The notes beneath the pieces were generated by a model. It saw only the letters and a program-made list of their open reading frames with translations, was not told where the DNA came from and made no database searches. Shown in pieces: positions 110,659-124,000 of a stretch of 124,000 nucleotides of DNA; the first letter of the stretch is position 1, and the number at the start of each line of letters is the position of its first letter. The translations under genes and the position numbers were made by a program. Where the stretch lies: assembly GCA_951406725.2 (NCBI GenBank), contig OX597814.1, positions 169,280,001 through 169,404,000 of the forward strand, in the 5' to 3' direction. Origin of the DNA: Octopus vulgaris (Eukaryota).

Positions 110659-111337
110659 ACTCATGCCTATACCATGTATAAAATGAACTCATGCCCGTAC
110701 CATGTATAAAATGAACTCATGCCTGTACCATGTATAAAATGAACTCATGCCTGTACCATGTATAAAATGAACTCATGCCTGTACCATGTATAAAATGAAC
110801 TCATGCCTGTACCATGTATAAAATGAACTCATGCCCGTACCATGTATAAAATGAACTCATACCTGTACCATGTATAAAATGAACTCATGCTTGTACTATG
110901 TATAAAATGAACTCATGCCTGTACCATGTATAAAATGAACTCATGCCTGTACCATGTATAAAATGAACTCATGCCTGTACCATGTATAAAATGAACTCAT
111001 GCCTGTACCATGTATAAAATGAACTCATGCCTGTACCATGTATAAAATGAACTCATGCCTGTACCATGTATAAAATGAACTCATGCCTGTACTATGTATA
111101 AAATGAACTCATGCCTGTACCATGTATAAAATGAACTCATGCCTGTACCATGTATAAAATGAACTCATGCCTGTACTATGTATAAAATGAACTCATGCCT
111201 GTACCATGTATAAAATGAACTCATGCCTGTACCATGTGTAAAATGAACTCATGCCTGTACCATGTATAAAATGAACTCATGCCTGTACCATGTGTAAAAT
111301 GAACTCATGCCTGTACCATGTATAAAATGAACTCATG
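110659..111337. repeat. 28-bp minisatellite, about 24 near-identical copies
   Basis: Unit ACTCATGCCTGTACCATGTATAAAATGA, no spacers. Confidence 0.95.
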
Positions 111338-111798
111338 TCGGTGTCGGTGTCATGTAAAAAGCACTTGTGCGGATGTCATGTAATAGCATCCATGCCAATG
111401 CTGTGTAAAAACTACCAAGTACACTCTGTAAAGTGGTTGGTGTTAGGAAGGGCATCCAGTCACAGAAACCATACCAAAAGAGACATGGAACCTGGGCAGC
111501 TTTCCAGCTGGTCAACTCCTGTCTAACCATCCAGCCCATGTCAGGATGGGAAACAGACATTACATGAAGATGATACTCTTTTTATTTTTTGTTTCAGTCA
111601 TGTGACTGTGGCCATGCTGGAGCACTGATTTTGGTCGAGCAAATTGACCCCAGGACTTATTCTTTGTAAGTCTCGTACTTATTCTATTGGTCTCTTTTGC
111701 CAAACTGCTAAGTTACGGGGACGTAAATACACCAGCATCAGTTGTCAAGCAATGTTGGAAGGACAAACACAGACACACAAACATATACACACATATAC

Positions 111799-111858
<60 letters not shown>

Positions 111859-112433
111859 GACAGGCTTCTTTCAGTTTCTGTCTACCAAATCCACTCACAA
111901 GGCTTTGGTCGGCCCGAGGCTATAGTAGAAGACACTTGCCCAAGGTGTCACGCAGTGGGACTGAGCCCGGAACCATGTTGTTCATAAGCAAGCTACTTAC
112001 CACACAGCCACTCCTGATGATGATGATTGATGATGATGATGATAAGGATGATGATGATGATGATGATGATGATGTATCAAGTAACACACCCTATAATATC
112101 CCTATGTTTCTCATATTTCAAAGAAGGGTTACATGCAAAGTTTCTTTTTTTTGTTTTTTGTCTGCAAAGCTTCCAAAACTCAAGACAGAAATAGAGGAAG
112201 ACACAAGTCACTGACTACTGAGGTCAGATGTTGAGCATGAAAGTAATGAGTCACTCTAGGATGAGAAGACTGGTTTGAATGCTTACAATAGAGTGGACTT
112301 TATTAATGATGCCTAAGGATCAAGTGATAAACGTTAAACTAACTACTCGATCAAGTCAAGAGGTCAACTTATTCTCCTTAATTTCTGAGTGCAGAAAGGC
112401 AAAAACAATAGACTGAAGGTTTATTTATTTGAA

Positions 112434-113481
112434 CCCTTTCGTTACCAAACCGCCCAAAGCCGTCCGAAAAAAATTTTGGTTAATGTGACCAAACCGCCCG
112501 AATTTACCTATTCATATTTAAATGAGAATATCAGAGCAAATCTCTTTAGTACATTCGTGAAAACACGTATTATACTTCGTAAACAGTTCAACTACAGTTT
112601 TGTACAATAATCGAAGTGTAATTTTAATTCCGTGAATTTTGAGAGATTTTTTTCCGAAATTTGTTCCTATTGTGTTTTCAAAATTTGTAATTCTGACAAA
112701 AAATGGATACGAATTTCATTATATCAAGCAGCTTCTACTGAAGACCTTCATAAATCTAACTCTATGACTGAAAAAAAAAAGCACATGGTATTTGATAATG
112801 AATCTGATGTTTCATTTTCCGAAAGTGAAAACAGTGAATTCGAGAGCTCCGACAGTGATAAAGAAAACGAATTGGCACCTGAATGGAGTGAAAATTTAAA
112901 AACTGTTTCTTTCGGTGATTTTTCTGAAGAAACTGGACCAAGCCACAGACTTTCCCAGAGGAGTAAAGCCTTAGACTATTTCTTTTTACTTTTTCGAATG
113001 AGCCTATTTGAAATCATTACGGCGAAAACAAACCGTTACGCTAAACGTAAACAAAGCGAAAGAAACGATAGTTTGTGGTTTCCCATAACCTTAAATGAAA
113101 TTAAGACTATTTTGCCGCAAATATTATTATGGGTATCAGAAAGTTACCCAGAATAACAAATTCTATCGTAAAATTTTGTTGTATACCCAATTGAATATTA
113201 GCTAATAACCCATTTTCTATAGCGATGTTTGAACAAAATTTTAATTTTATATATTGTTGAATTTACCTGTATCTACCTGCAATTAGAGTCACTTTGTGAC
113301 TGACAAAAATTATAGTATAGAATTGGTTGAGAACATTTCATTAAATTATCTTCCAAAAATCAGATTAATATATTGATAAATAAAAAAGTTATAGTTGTTT
113401 AATGAAACCAGACTAAATTTATGATTACGTTAGAAATTAATTGAAACACATATTTTGGTCAGAAATATAGTAACGAAAGGG
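112434..113481 (+). mobile_element. Internally deleted piggyBac element with transposase N-terminal remnant (112632-113156)
   Basis: 12-bp TIR CCCTTTCGTTAC / GTAACGAAAGGG, right flank TTAA, left TGAA; acidic N-terminus then LDYFFLLF..TNRYA..EIK, typical of PGBD transposases. Confidence 0.85.
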
Positions 113482-113696
113482 TTAAAAAATGTGGATTGGG
113501 TTTCAAATCTTAGTTTACCTCTTTTGTAGCTGTTTCCTACACTATCACCAACCCACACCTGTTTCCAAGTAAGGCAATATTTCCCATGAGCAGTCCTGTT
113601 ATCAAGGAATATAAGGAATGAAGGACACCGCTTATATGATCGTGACACTCATTTACAACTATCGCATAATTTCAAGGCAAGTAATCACTTACACAT

Positions 113697-113745
<49 letters not shown>

Positions 113746-114142
113746 TGACAGGCTTCTTTCAGTTTCTGTCTGCCAATGTCGTCATTCACAAGGCGTTAAT
113801 CAATCTGGAGTGTTAGTAAAAAAAAACACTTGCCCAAGGTACCACACAGTGGAATTGAACCTGAAACTGTGTGGTTTAGAAAACAAAACTTCTTAGTGTA
113901 CAGCCATGCTTGCACCATGTAATTTAATAAATCAATCTTCCAATAAATTCTCATTTCTTTCCATTTCCATTTTATTTTATTTTTAAATCTCTCGTGAGAC
114001 TATTTCTGATTCTGCTGGAATATTTCTTAAATTAATGACACTTGACCATTCTATGAAATACCACAATATTGATGGTGTTAACTCCATTACATGGTTTCTA
114101 TAGGTCAGGTTTTAAATCGATATCTCTGATGGTGTTGTTCGA

Positions 114143-114190
<48 letters not shown>

Positions 114191-114840
114191 TGATAATGAT
114201 AATAATATATTATCAAAATGAGAAATTTCTAAACCTCATATCAAGTTCCATTTGATAATGTTGTCTTTGATAATAACGATGATACACTCCTTAATTAAGT
114301 TAACTTCCTTATTTTGATATTAGTGAATTCAATTTCTTTTTTTTTTTTTAGAATTATCTGATTTATCTCTCTATGTGTAATGGAACTTTCACTGACTTTC
114401 ATATGATCATATATATAGCTAACATGATGAACAAAAGCCAAAAAGGAACCGCTGCATGTTCAATAGATCTGCTTGAAATAGCAGCCAAATTTCTTTCAAA
114501 TGACACTTTGCTAGCTGAAAAAAGAAGACACATTTGCTTGTGCTGTCCAAAATAAACACTATAACTGAAAAAAATTCTTATGATGGCCATGGCTATGATG
114601 CTCCTCTGCTACTCCAGCTCATGCTCAGAGATACACATATTGTCAGCCAACAAGGGACATGCTGGACTGGTTAAGGTCAAACAGCTGACAAGCAAAGTTG
114701 TATTGAGCACAATATTTGCTCTCGTCCATCTTTTATACTAAGACAAAGCATGTACATGATAACACTTCCAATCATTTAATATCAGAAGCCATGGGAGCCA
114801 GTGCCTGGTATTTATTGCTATTATTATTATTATTATTCAG

Positions 114841-115252
114841 TAGTTTTATTTTTATAGCGTGCTTTCACTTCACTACCGAGCGCAGCTCTGTGTGCCTTGG
114901 GTATGTGCAAGAGACAACAAGTTGGAAGTTCATGTTGGTGTCATGCTTAGGGTGCCATATATTTGGTTTTGTACATAGTGTTGTTCTAGAGAATGTTTAA
115001 GAAATCATATGAAAATTATGTTTGTTTTAAAACTTGAGATTACATAGAAAGTATTTTGCGTAGGATATGAGCAGTTCCCATGAGCACTATCATTTGAATT
115101 TTTGCCATTTTGGGGTTTCCTGGTATCTGAGCCAGGTAGCAATCAGCCCCTTTTGCTATCATTCCCAGGGCACCTATGACAACAGGTATTGTTTTAGTCT
115201 TCAGGTTCCACATTTTGCTAATTTCTATTTCAAGATCTTTATATTTGCTCAG

Positions 115253-115256
<4 letters not shown>
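114841..115256 (-). mobile_element. 5'-truncated R4/Dong-like LINE 3' end with (AAT)n on both sides
   Basis: KYKDLEIEISKMWNLKTKTIPVVIGALG..GTAHILRKILSM*; TAA repeats at about 114815-114840 and 115255-115320. Confidence 0.8.
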
Positions 115257-115312
<56 letters not shown>

Positions 115313-115799
115313 AATATTATTAAGCTCCTCCCTTTGACGGAGCTGCAGTCCTGCATGAAGATTAGATTGAAACTGGGAGCCTGACACTTAGAATGTTGTC
115401 AGGCACTTACAGACCTCTACCAGTCGGTCAATGGGATCAGTGGATGTTCTACTTTAGAAATTTATAGAGTATTAGTGGTGGGGAAGTGCAACAACGTTTT
115501 CAGGAAGACTCTGGCTGGCAACAAAAATGAACTGGCTAGTCTGCTCCAGAGGACTTTCTGGTCAGAACTACCATGGCAAGCTGGCAGAAATGTTAGCATG
115601 CCATGCGAAATGCTTAGAGGTATTTCATCTGTCTTTACGTTCTGAGTTCAAATTCCGCCAAGGTCGACTTTGCCTTTCATCCTTTTGGGGTTGATAAATT
115701 AAGTACCAGTTATGCACTGGGTTCGATGTAATCGACTTAATCCCTTTGTCTGTCCTTGTTTAGCCCCTTGTGGGCAATAAAAAAATAAGGAACTACCAC

Positions 115800-116596
115800 G
115801 GATAATTTCCAGATGTCCTTGAACTGGCAGTGCTACCAGGGGGCACTACCAGCTCAAGATAATCTCTACTGGCATGGATGTGCTATCAGACAGGCTTGTC
115901 CAAGGTGCTCGCAGAGTGATGAAATTGTTCTGCTTGCACTCATTCAGTGTCTGGGCATTGCTGACTTGTGGGTTATGTCAAACAGCTGCTATCACATGTG
116001 GGATGGATCCATCTATCAGTCGAGTCTGTAGTAATGGTTTCCCTACCTACCTCCTTCAATCAGGCAGGCAAGGCAGTTTTCCTTTGCTTAGTGGCTGTGG
116101 TAAAAGAGGTTGTTTGGTGGACAAGGCTGAAAGGCACGAGAACAGATACATTCCTCTTTGGTAGAGCTCTCACTGACTTCTTCAAGTTTCACTTGAAAAA
116201 AAATTGTGAGTGGAGCGAGAAGTGCTGTCTTCAAGTGAGTTTATTGAAAGATGGGTGAAAGTTGTGAAAAATGGCAAGAGTGGGGGAGTCAGAGAGAAGG
116301 AATTGGAGTGGACACTTGCTCTTGGTGTTCAGGGAAATCTCAGATAGTGGGGTTGCTCGATTATCCCTAAAGGTCATTCTGTATAAGGAAGGCTATCATC
116401 CTCTCCTCACTTTTGTTTTTATCCTTTGTATACTGTGTATATGTCTCTTCCCTTTCATTGTATACAGTGTATACTTACTTTTTTTATAAATATTTTATCA
116501 TTTCATCATATGTAAATCCCCATATTTTATGTCTGTCTTTGTATTGTACCCTTCATCCTTCACCCTGGTGGCAAATAAATGAAATCATTATCATTG

Positions 116597-116600
<4 letters not shown>
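115800..116600 (+). pseudogene. Tx1/L1-like LINE 3' end with UTR and (ATT)n tail
   Basis: CPRCSQSDEIVLLALIQC; VVKEVVWWTRLKG; UTR also present at about 118845-119040. Confidence 0.8.
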
Positions 116601-116646
<46 letters not shown>

Positions 116647-116649
116647 TTC

Positions 116650-118700
116650 CTTATTTCTTGCCAGGTGTCTGTATCATTGGTAGGCCATTGAAATAAACAC
116701 ACCAGATTGTTCATTTACAAAGTCATGTGATAGATAAAAAGGGGAAGAAAGACAGAGAGAAAAAGGAAAAAATAAAAAATAAAAAGGTAAGCAAAGAAAA
116801 TAAAGGAAAGAAAATTCACTGCGACAATGCTCTTTTCAGTACATGCAATGAACCAGTTGAGACAATCTTTTGTACTTCCTGCATGGATGATAAACCAGGA
116901 ATCATTCTTAAATAACTTTCAGTTCCTTTTTTGATCATTGCAAGTGCTCCTATAATCACTGGTATTGTAGCTGCCTTGAGATGCCTCAGTTTTTCAAATT
117001 CAATCAACAGATCTTTATATTGTATAAGCTTATCAAATTCTTTTGCTGAGATATTATGGTTACAGGAATTACTCATGTCAATCAATGAACAAACTTTATT
117101 GTTTTGGTCTTTCACAACAATATCTGGTTTATTTGCTTTGATGATCCAGTCTGTACATACTGGAAAGTCTCAAAAAATTGTTACATTTTCTCTCTCAGTT
117201 ACAGCCTCAAGGTGGTGCTTGTGCCATTTGTCAGTAGTTTTCATTTCAAAATGCCGACACATTATCCTATGTAGATATTAGTCACCTCTGTCATGTCTTG
117301 ATTTGTACTCTACAGGTGCGAAAACCTTACACCTAAAGATTAGGTGGTCTACTGTTTCAATCCCATCATTGCTGTATTGGCACTTTGGATCTTTTCCATT
117401 TTTCATCACACTGGCTTGATAGTTCCAGGTCAATAACCTCTAATCTTGAGTAGCCAAGATAAAAACCTTCACTCTCTGCCTTTAGGCCTGAGCTCTGTAG
117501 CCACTGATGGGTCTGTTTCAGGTCTACATTAGCTTGTTTGTTATGGACCACATATTTGCATGCAGAGGCTTTTGTTCCCACTTATCAGCCAATTATTCAA
117601 ATGCATTTTGCTTTGCTATTGATTTCACCTTCTTTGCAACTATACATGAAAATTTTTTTGCTCTCCTTCGTAACAGAATGAAGCTTATTTCTTTCATGGG
117701 TTTCAACAAACTTTAACATCCAATTGTTAGATGTTTCAAGATATTTTGCCGGTCCAATAGCTCTGGGTAGGTAAAGATGATTTGTATCTGCCTTTGGGTG
117801 GTGCATCTTATTGCAAGTCAGCAGCTTACAAATTTTCGTGTCAATCTTCCTTATTTCACTCATATTCCAGTTCAACACATTGAAACTGTAAATAACAACT
117901 GGAACTGCTAAAGAATTTATAGCCAACACCTTGTTACGTGAATTTAACTCGGATTTTAGGACTGCTCAAACTCTCCTGTAACATTCCTTCCTGATCTTCT
118001 CTTTCATGCTTGATGCTGAATGCCAGAGCCCTAATTTATTCCGAGGTATTTGTAAGTTTGTTCCTGCTCAAGTTCTTTTATGTCTGTGTCAACATCTAAC
118101 ACCACTGAATGTGAGGTCTTCAATTTACCTTCCTGGAAAGTGGATTTGGCACATTTATCAAAACCAAATTCCATCCAGATGTCATCACTGAATGCTTTTA
118201 CAATATGTAGTAGTCCTTTAAGCTCATTATCACCTTTGCCATAGAGTTTTAAGTCATCCATATAAAATAGATGACTTATTTTCTTGTCGCCAATTTTATA
118301 TTCATACCCTGTTCTGTTAAGGTCCCTTGAAAGGCGTATTACGGCTCTACAGAAAATTAAAGGTGAAAGTGAGTCACCTTGGGAAATGCTGCAGTTAATA
118401 TTAATATTTTTTGTGATCAGTACTCCATTAGAATGATATAATTGGAGATTTGTATTCCACATTGACATATTGTGCTTCAGGAAGTTTGAAATCATAGGAG
118501 AAATTTTGAAGATATCCAGCAATTTCAAGATGCTTGAATGCAGTATGTTGCCAAAGGCCATTTTATAGTCAATCCATGTGGAACTGAGATTTCTGCATTT
118601 GTTATAACAGTTCTCAAGGATCATGCGATTTTGCATCCATATGAGTCTCACTGGCACCCTTTTTCTTCAGTGGGGAAAATATTGTTCTGTTCCATAAATT
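116650..118700 (-). pseudogene. Decayed R4/Dong-like LINE, RT through REL endonuclease
   Basis: WIDYKMAF, QGDSLSPLIF, LFYMDDLKLY and IPVIIGALAMI..GSLHVLKRAL motifs; frameshifts. Confidence 0.85.
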
Positions 118701-119220
118701 TATGTGTTTTCTCCATGAGGATGGATGTTGAAGTTTTATATGTCGCAGATAGACATGTTATAGGTTAATAGTTTTGGGAAAATTTTGTTTCATTATTCTG
118801 CAAGAGGTAAGTAATACCTCTTGCTAACCAATCAAGTGTTTTTTTTAACCTTTGTATACTGTGTATATGACCCTTCTCTTTCATTTTATACAGTGTATAC
118901 TTACTTTTTTTTTATAATTATTTTATCATTTCATCATATGTAAATCCCCATATCTTATGTCTGTCTTTGTATTGTACTCCTCATCCTTCACCCTGGTGGC
119001 AAATAAATGAAATCATTATTATCATCATCATCATCATCATTAAAGTCAAAATTAAAAGAAGAGTGCCATTGTCATCTAGTGAAGGATATTTCAACATTTT
119101 GTGTGTCTTCAACATGCTCAAAAAATAATTTTGTCAATCTACTTCATTTTGGTTTATATATAAGTAACTCCTCCAGAAGATAAAAATTAAAAGAAGAGCG
119201 CCATTGTCATCTAGTGAACG

Positions 119221-119221
119221 A

Positions 119222-119287
<66 letters not shown>

Positions 119288-119800
119288 ACATTTGATAGTT
119301 TCAGGCAAATTTCTACTGCATCACCTGCTACACTTCTGTATTGCTGGGATGTGTGCAGCATTGTATGTTCTCTTCTGTTTTTAGGGGAGTGCATACTCTT
119401 CCTGATATGGTATTGCATGCATTTGTTTTGTTATGGGGCCTGGTTGTCATGTTTTGTTGCATTAGCATTTGTATTGTGTTGTGTATGTAATGCAAGCTAT
119501 TTTCTTCTGTTGGGTATCTATATATCCTGTAGAGTACATGTTGTGGTGGTTATATATTTTATTAGATATTTACTGCATAGAGTGGGTCTTGTTTTTGTGG
119601 ATTGTTTTGTTTGGGTAATATTATTGAATTGATAGTGTCTTGCGTAGGATGTGGGCTGTTGCTACCAGGGCTATTTTTTGGATAGTGTGTAGTGTTGAGG
119701 GTCCAGGTATAGTTTCTACATTTTTGTCCATGTGTTTTTTTATCATACTCAATGTTCCATTATTACGGTTATTGTTTTCACCTTCATGCCCCACAGCTTG
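119221..119800 (-). mobile_element. R4/Dong-like LINE 3' end anchored in (AAT)n
   Basis: Minus strand LVATAHILRKTLSIQ*; TAA array at about 119221-119285. Confidence 0.7.
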
Positions 119801-119870
119801 AATACTTCAATTTAGAGGTCTTTATACTTTGACAATTTCTCTACTTCTTTTTGGTCAGAAGGGACTGCAA

Positions 119871-119971
<101 letters not shown>

Positions 119972-121469
119972 GCCTGTCTGCCTATCTGCCTGCCTGCCTG
120001 TCTGTCTGCCTGCCTGCCTGTCCGTCCATCCATCCGGCCGGCCGGTCAGCCAGCCAGTCATCATCATCATCATCATCATCATCATTATTATTATTATTTT
120101 TATTATTATTATTATTATCTTATAATAATTCTGCTTGCCATTACATTACTTAGCCTGTCAGAAACGCTTTCACATGATTAGAGAAAAAGAGGGAGACAGA
120201 AAAGAGAGAGAGAAAAAAAGGAAGGGGAAAAAGAGGGAGGGAGAAAAAGAGGGAAGAAGAAAAAGAGGGAGGGAGAAAAAGAGGGAAGAAGAAAAAGAGG
120301 GAGGGAGAAAAAGTGGGAGAGAGAAAACTGGGAGAGAGAAACATCCATAATGTGAAGTAGAGAGAATGTAATTGTAATGCTTCCATATGATTGGTTGAAG
120401 GGAAAGAGAGGAGAAAGAAAAAAGAGAGAGTGAAAAAGAGGATAAGGCGAAGGGTGAAAGAGGGAGTAAGAGAAAGAGGTAGAGAGAAGCATCCATGACA
120501 TGAGGTAAGGAGGAATGTAATATCTACTATGTGGTTAAAAAAGTTAGTTGAAAGTAAAGGAGGAGAGTTAAAAATACAGTTTTAGCAGAAGTATGATATT
120601 TTGATGGTAAGATTAAAGAAAGGCACACAGAGAGAGTGAGGGAGAGAGAGAGAGGAGAAAGAGAGGGGGGGAAGAGAGAGAAGAGAGAGGGAGAGAGAGA
120701 GGAGAGATGGGAGTGAAAGAGAGAGGAGAAAGAGAGGAGGGGAAGAGAGAGGAGAGAGAGGGAGAGAAAGGAGAAAGAGAGGAGTGGAAGAGAGAGGAGA
120801 GAGGGAGAGAAAGGAGAAAGAGAGGAGGGGAAGAGAGAGGAGATAGGGAGAGAAAGGAGAAAGAGAGGAGGGGAAGAGAGAGGAGAGAGAGGAGTGAAAG
120901 AGAGAGGAGAAAGAGAGGAAGAGAGGAGAGAGAGGAGGAAGGGAGAAAGAGAGAGATGGTGATGGTTGTAGTGGTGGTGGTGGTTGTGGTGGAGGTGGTG
121001 GTGATTGGATAGTGAAAAGTGTAGTTTTTTTAAAGAATTGAACTAAGTTTTTTTTTTTATATCACCTATCACTTAATGCATGTGCATAAGTGCAATTCCA
121101 TGAAATATTCAAGATTATTTGCATGGCAGATATATGCAATTTAACTAAAGGTTGTATCATATGTATAGGATATTTATTTTGTTCATGGGAAAAATGGAAA
121201 AATAAGAGTGAATATATATTTTACGAGCACTGTATTTTAAGTCTATAAAATTGTATATAAGTATATAAAATGTATAAATAAAATACATAAAGTAATCATT
121301 ATGAGTAGAAGATGAGTGACTATCTTCCCATACAGACACATAACAGGCTACGCTTTCAGGTTTTTTGGATAAAGTTTTCAGAAATAACCCAATAGGTTTA
121401 CCCTTAATTCTGTGAAATATCCATGGGTCCCGCTAGTTATTACTATTATGCTGGTGCATGCTAATTTAG

Positions 121470-122200
121470 TTAGCAAGTATTTTATCTTGCAGTCTGGTAA
121501 CAACAAGTCCCCTCAAATCTCAGGAATTTTTCTTAGGATTCTTGCAGAATATAGTATGGTAATTTTCAGCAGGTCAACCTTTTGAGTTTCAATTTCAATT
121601 TCTATCAGTCTTTTTGGTAGCATTTTGGGTGTTGTGCCAAATGCACCTATTATTACAGGAATAATTGTTATCTTGGTCTTCTACAATCTCCTTAGTTCTC
121701 TAGCTAGATCCTGTTATTTCTTATTTTTTTCCATTTCTCTGGAATCAATTCTGTTATCATAGGGAATTGCAAAATATATAATCTTGTATTGTTTGTTTAT
121801 TTTGTCCTTTATAATTCTGTCTGGCCTTCTTGCTTCAATAGTATGGCCAGCCGTTATGGCAAAATCCCACCAGATCTTGTAACTCTCATTGGTTCGTGCT
121901 CATACCTCTTTCCTGTTGTTTTGAAGCCACATACTCAACTAAGAATCCAATGCACTCTTTTGCCTACAAACTCATGCCTGTGCTTGTATTCTTTTTGTGC
122001 TACTAAACTGCACTCACTCAAAAGATGATTGATATTTTCATCACCTTTTCTACAGATTCTACATTTGCTGTCTGACTGAGTTTTGTTGATCTTTGCTTTA
122101 TCAGGTTTATTCTAAGGGCTTGTTCCTGAGCAGCTGTAATTAGTCTTTCTGTTTCACATTTCAAATGCCTGTTGGTCAACCAAAGCGGGCTTTACTTTAC
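121470..122200 (-). pseudogene. Decayed R4/Dong-like zinc-knuckle and REL-endonuclease region
   Basis: SEC..AQKEYKHRH, WDFAI, IEARRPD, QDLARELRRL..IIPVIIGAFG. Confidence 0.75.
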
Positions 122201-122546
122201 TGGCAATTGCACCTTTGTATATCCATAGCTTGCTCTAGGTACACAAGTATGGAATTTCTACCTCTACCTTTTCTATATATCAAGCAGGATCATTTTCTTG
122301 AAGGAAGCAGAATCCCATGTTTTCCTACATATTAGACCTTTGGTCTTTGCTAGGTTAACTTTAAGGCTTTTTGGTCCCAGGTTTCCTTTTACAACTGAAA
122401 TTTTTTCCTAATTCTATAACAGGAAGCGGGGCATTAGCCCATAGCTGTTTCCTAGGATAACCAGACTTAAATTCCTGTGTTATGTTCTGCAGACCTATAA
122501 TAAATAAACAGGATCTGAGAACTAAACGTTGGTAAACTAATTCACA

Positions 122547-122824
122547 CTGTTGTGTCTGGGGAGAGTCATTTTCTTTTTGTGTCTTATAATGTAACACACT
122601 CACAGGTAAAATTTCCACTTATTTCTTATTTTTATTTTCCTAAAATTTTCGTTGCATCTTGCCACCTTTTCAATAGTCAAGACAATAGTCAAGACTATTG
122701 AAAAGATTGCAAGACACAACGAAAATTTTAGGAAAATAAAAATAAGAAATAAGTGGAAATTTTACCGGTGAGTGTGTTAAATTATAAAGCACAAAAAGAA
122801 AATGACTCTCCCCAGACACAACAG
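122547..122824. repeat. Fold-back palindrome (~130-bp arms) at the end of a repeat also present unfolded at about 44337-44520
   Basis: 122547-122678 is the reverse complement of 122693-122824 with a few mismatches. Confidence 0.9.
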
Positions 122825-123220
122825 AATATGCTTCAACACACAAACTCATATGAAGAATCTTGCAAACCAAATCCAAAAACGAAATAATTCACACTAATTT
122901 ACTGCTATATTCATTACAAATTCTCACCTTACTGATGACACCCCTGTATATGGTTTGCATGGCTCTCCCAAGTCTTTGATCTTACTCTCTTGGTTTTTCA
123001 GTGACCACCAGATCACAGAGCGAGGAAGATTTGGTGATTTTTTTTTGTAAATTAACTTTTTCTAGAACTACAGTTATGGAAATTTAAAATAAAAAAAATT
123101 AAATTGAACTTCATAACTCCCCTGCCCCACCCTCCTTCTCTCACTACACACACACTTCAGCAATGTAGCTATACACATGCTGTGGGCGACTCCTTTCCCT
123201 TCTTTGAACTTTTCCCTTCC

Positions 123221-123262
123221 TCCTTCCTGATGAAGTGCAATGCTCGAAACATCAAAAACTCT
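123221..123262 (+). ncRNA. Hammerhead-like motif in a Penelope-like end
   Basis: CTGATGA-A-GTGC-AAT-GCTC-GAAACAT (GAAACGT after CpG decay). Confidence 0.45.
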
Positions 123263-123365
123263 ATCTTTCTACTAAACGTCAAACTAATATATTCCTTGCG
123301 CATGTCCTCTTGTTGTCTGTCAATTTCATCATTCGTTTGTATTGAAATGATTATTTATATGAATT

Positions 123366-123418
<53 letters not shown>

Positions 123419-123799
123419 TAGGTTAATTGAGTTAGAGGTGAAAATAACCATCTAAGGGATAGAAGTATCCATTACACTACTGGTGTATTACCTATATTTA
123501 CCATAGGCATACATATGCAAACACATTACACTCATAAATTATAGGTAAAGACAAGGATAATACATGGGTTTATCAAGAATCAAAATTTAAAGAAAACAGA
123601 AAATCGAGAAGTACTAATGAACCACAATTGACTTACATCAATTATTATTTATTAATTCAATGCAAAGAGACAGGAAATGGATGGGATGCAATCTATTTGC
123701 ATTGAATTAATAAATAATAATTGTTGTTCATCAGTACTTCTCCATTTTCTGTTTTCTTCATATATATATATATGTGTGTGTGCGTGTGTATATATATGT

Positions 123800-123830
<31 letters not shown>

Positions 123831-124000
123831 CATAAATATATAAATATATAGAGAGAGGGGCATATAAGCTCTCTATAACTGGAGGTAGGAAACAAACCTT
123901 TTAAGTATTATTGCTCTAATTTTTAAAGTGTGCTTCAGTTTGGATTTATAAACTAATGAGTGATTGTGTGTGTGTGTGTGTGTTTATATATATATAAGAG

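Noticed and set aside
110659-111337. CRISPR-like array of 28-bp repeats
   Set aside because: Units are contiguous with no unique spacers, there are no cas genes, and the context is eukaryotic
112632-113156. Domesticated PGBD gene
   Set aside because: The ORF ends before the catalytic DDD core and lies inside intact TIRs of an internally deleted element

Overview
AT-rich eukaryotic genomic DNA crowded with SINEs, microsatellites and decayed transposons. Its repeat style suggests an octopod cephalopod; this is inference, not a database match. No host protein-coding gene can be named, only a few isolated candidate exons. The only long credible ORF is a 5'-truncated RTE-clade LINE reverse transcriptase (98063-99994, minus strand). 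Most other listed ORFs are translated microsatellites. Recognisable remnants include Tx1/L1-like, CR1-like, RTE, R4/Dong-like and Penelope-like retroelements; Tc1/mariner, piggyBac, Merlin-like and Helitron/Helentron-like DNA elements; and a solo-LTR family. Two themes stand out. (1) Several different minimal type-I hammerhead-ribozyme motifs (CUGANGA...GAAAC-palindrome-GUH) occur in Penelope-like remnants. One lies in both arms of a near-perfect 689-bp palindrome and another sits downstream of a tRNA-like Pol III head, resembling a retrozyme. (2) About a dozen fold-back inversions and locally templated insertions occur, many abutting (TA)n tracts.
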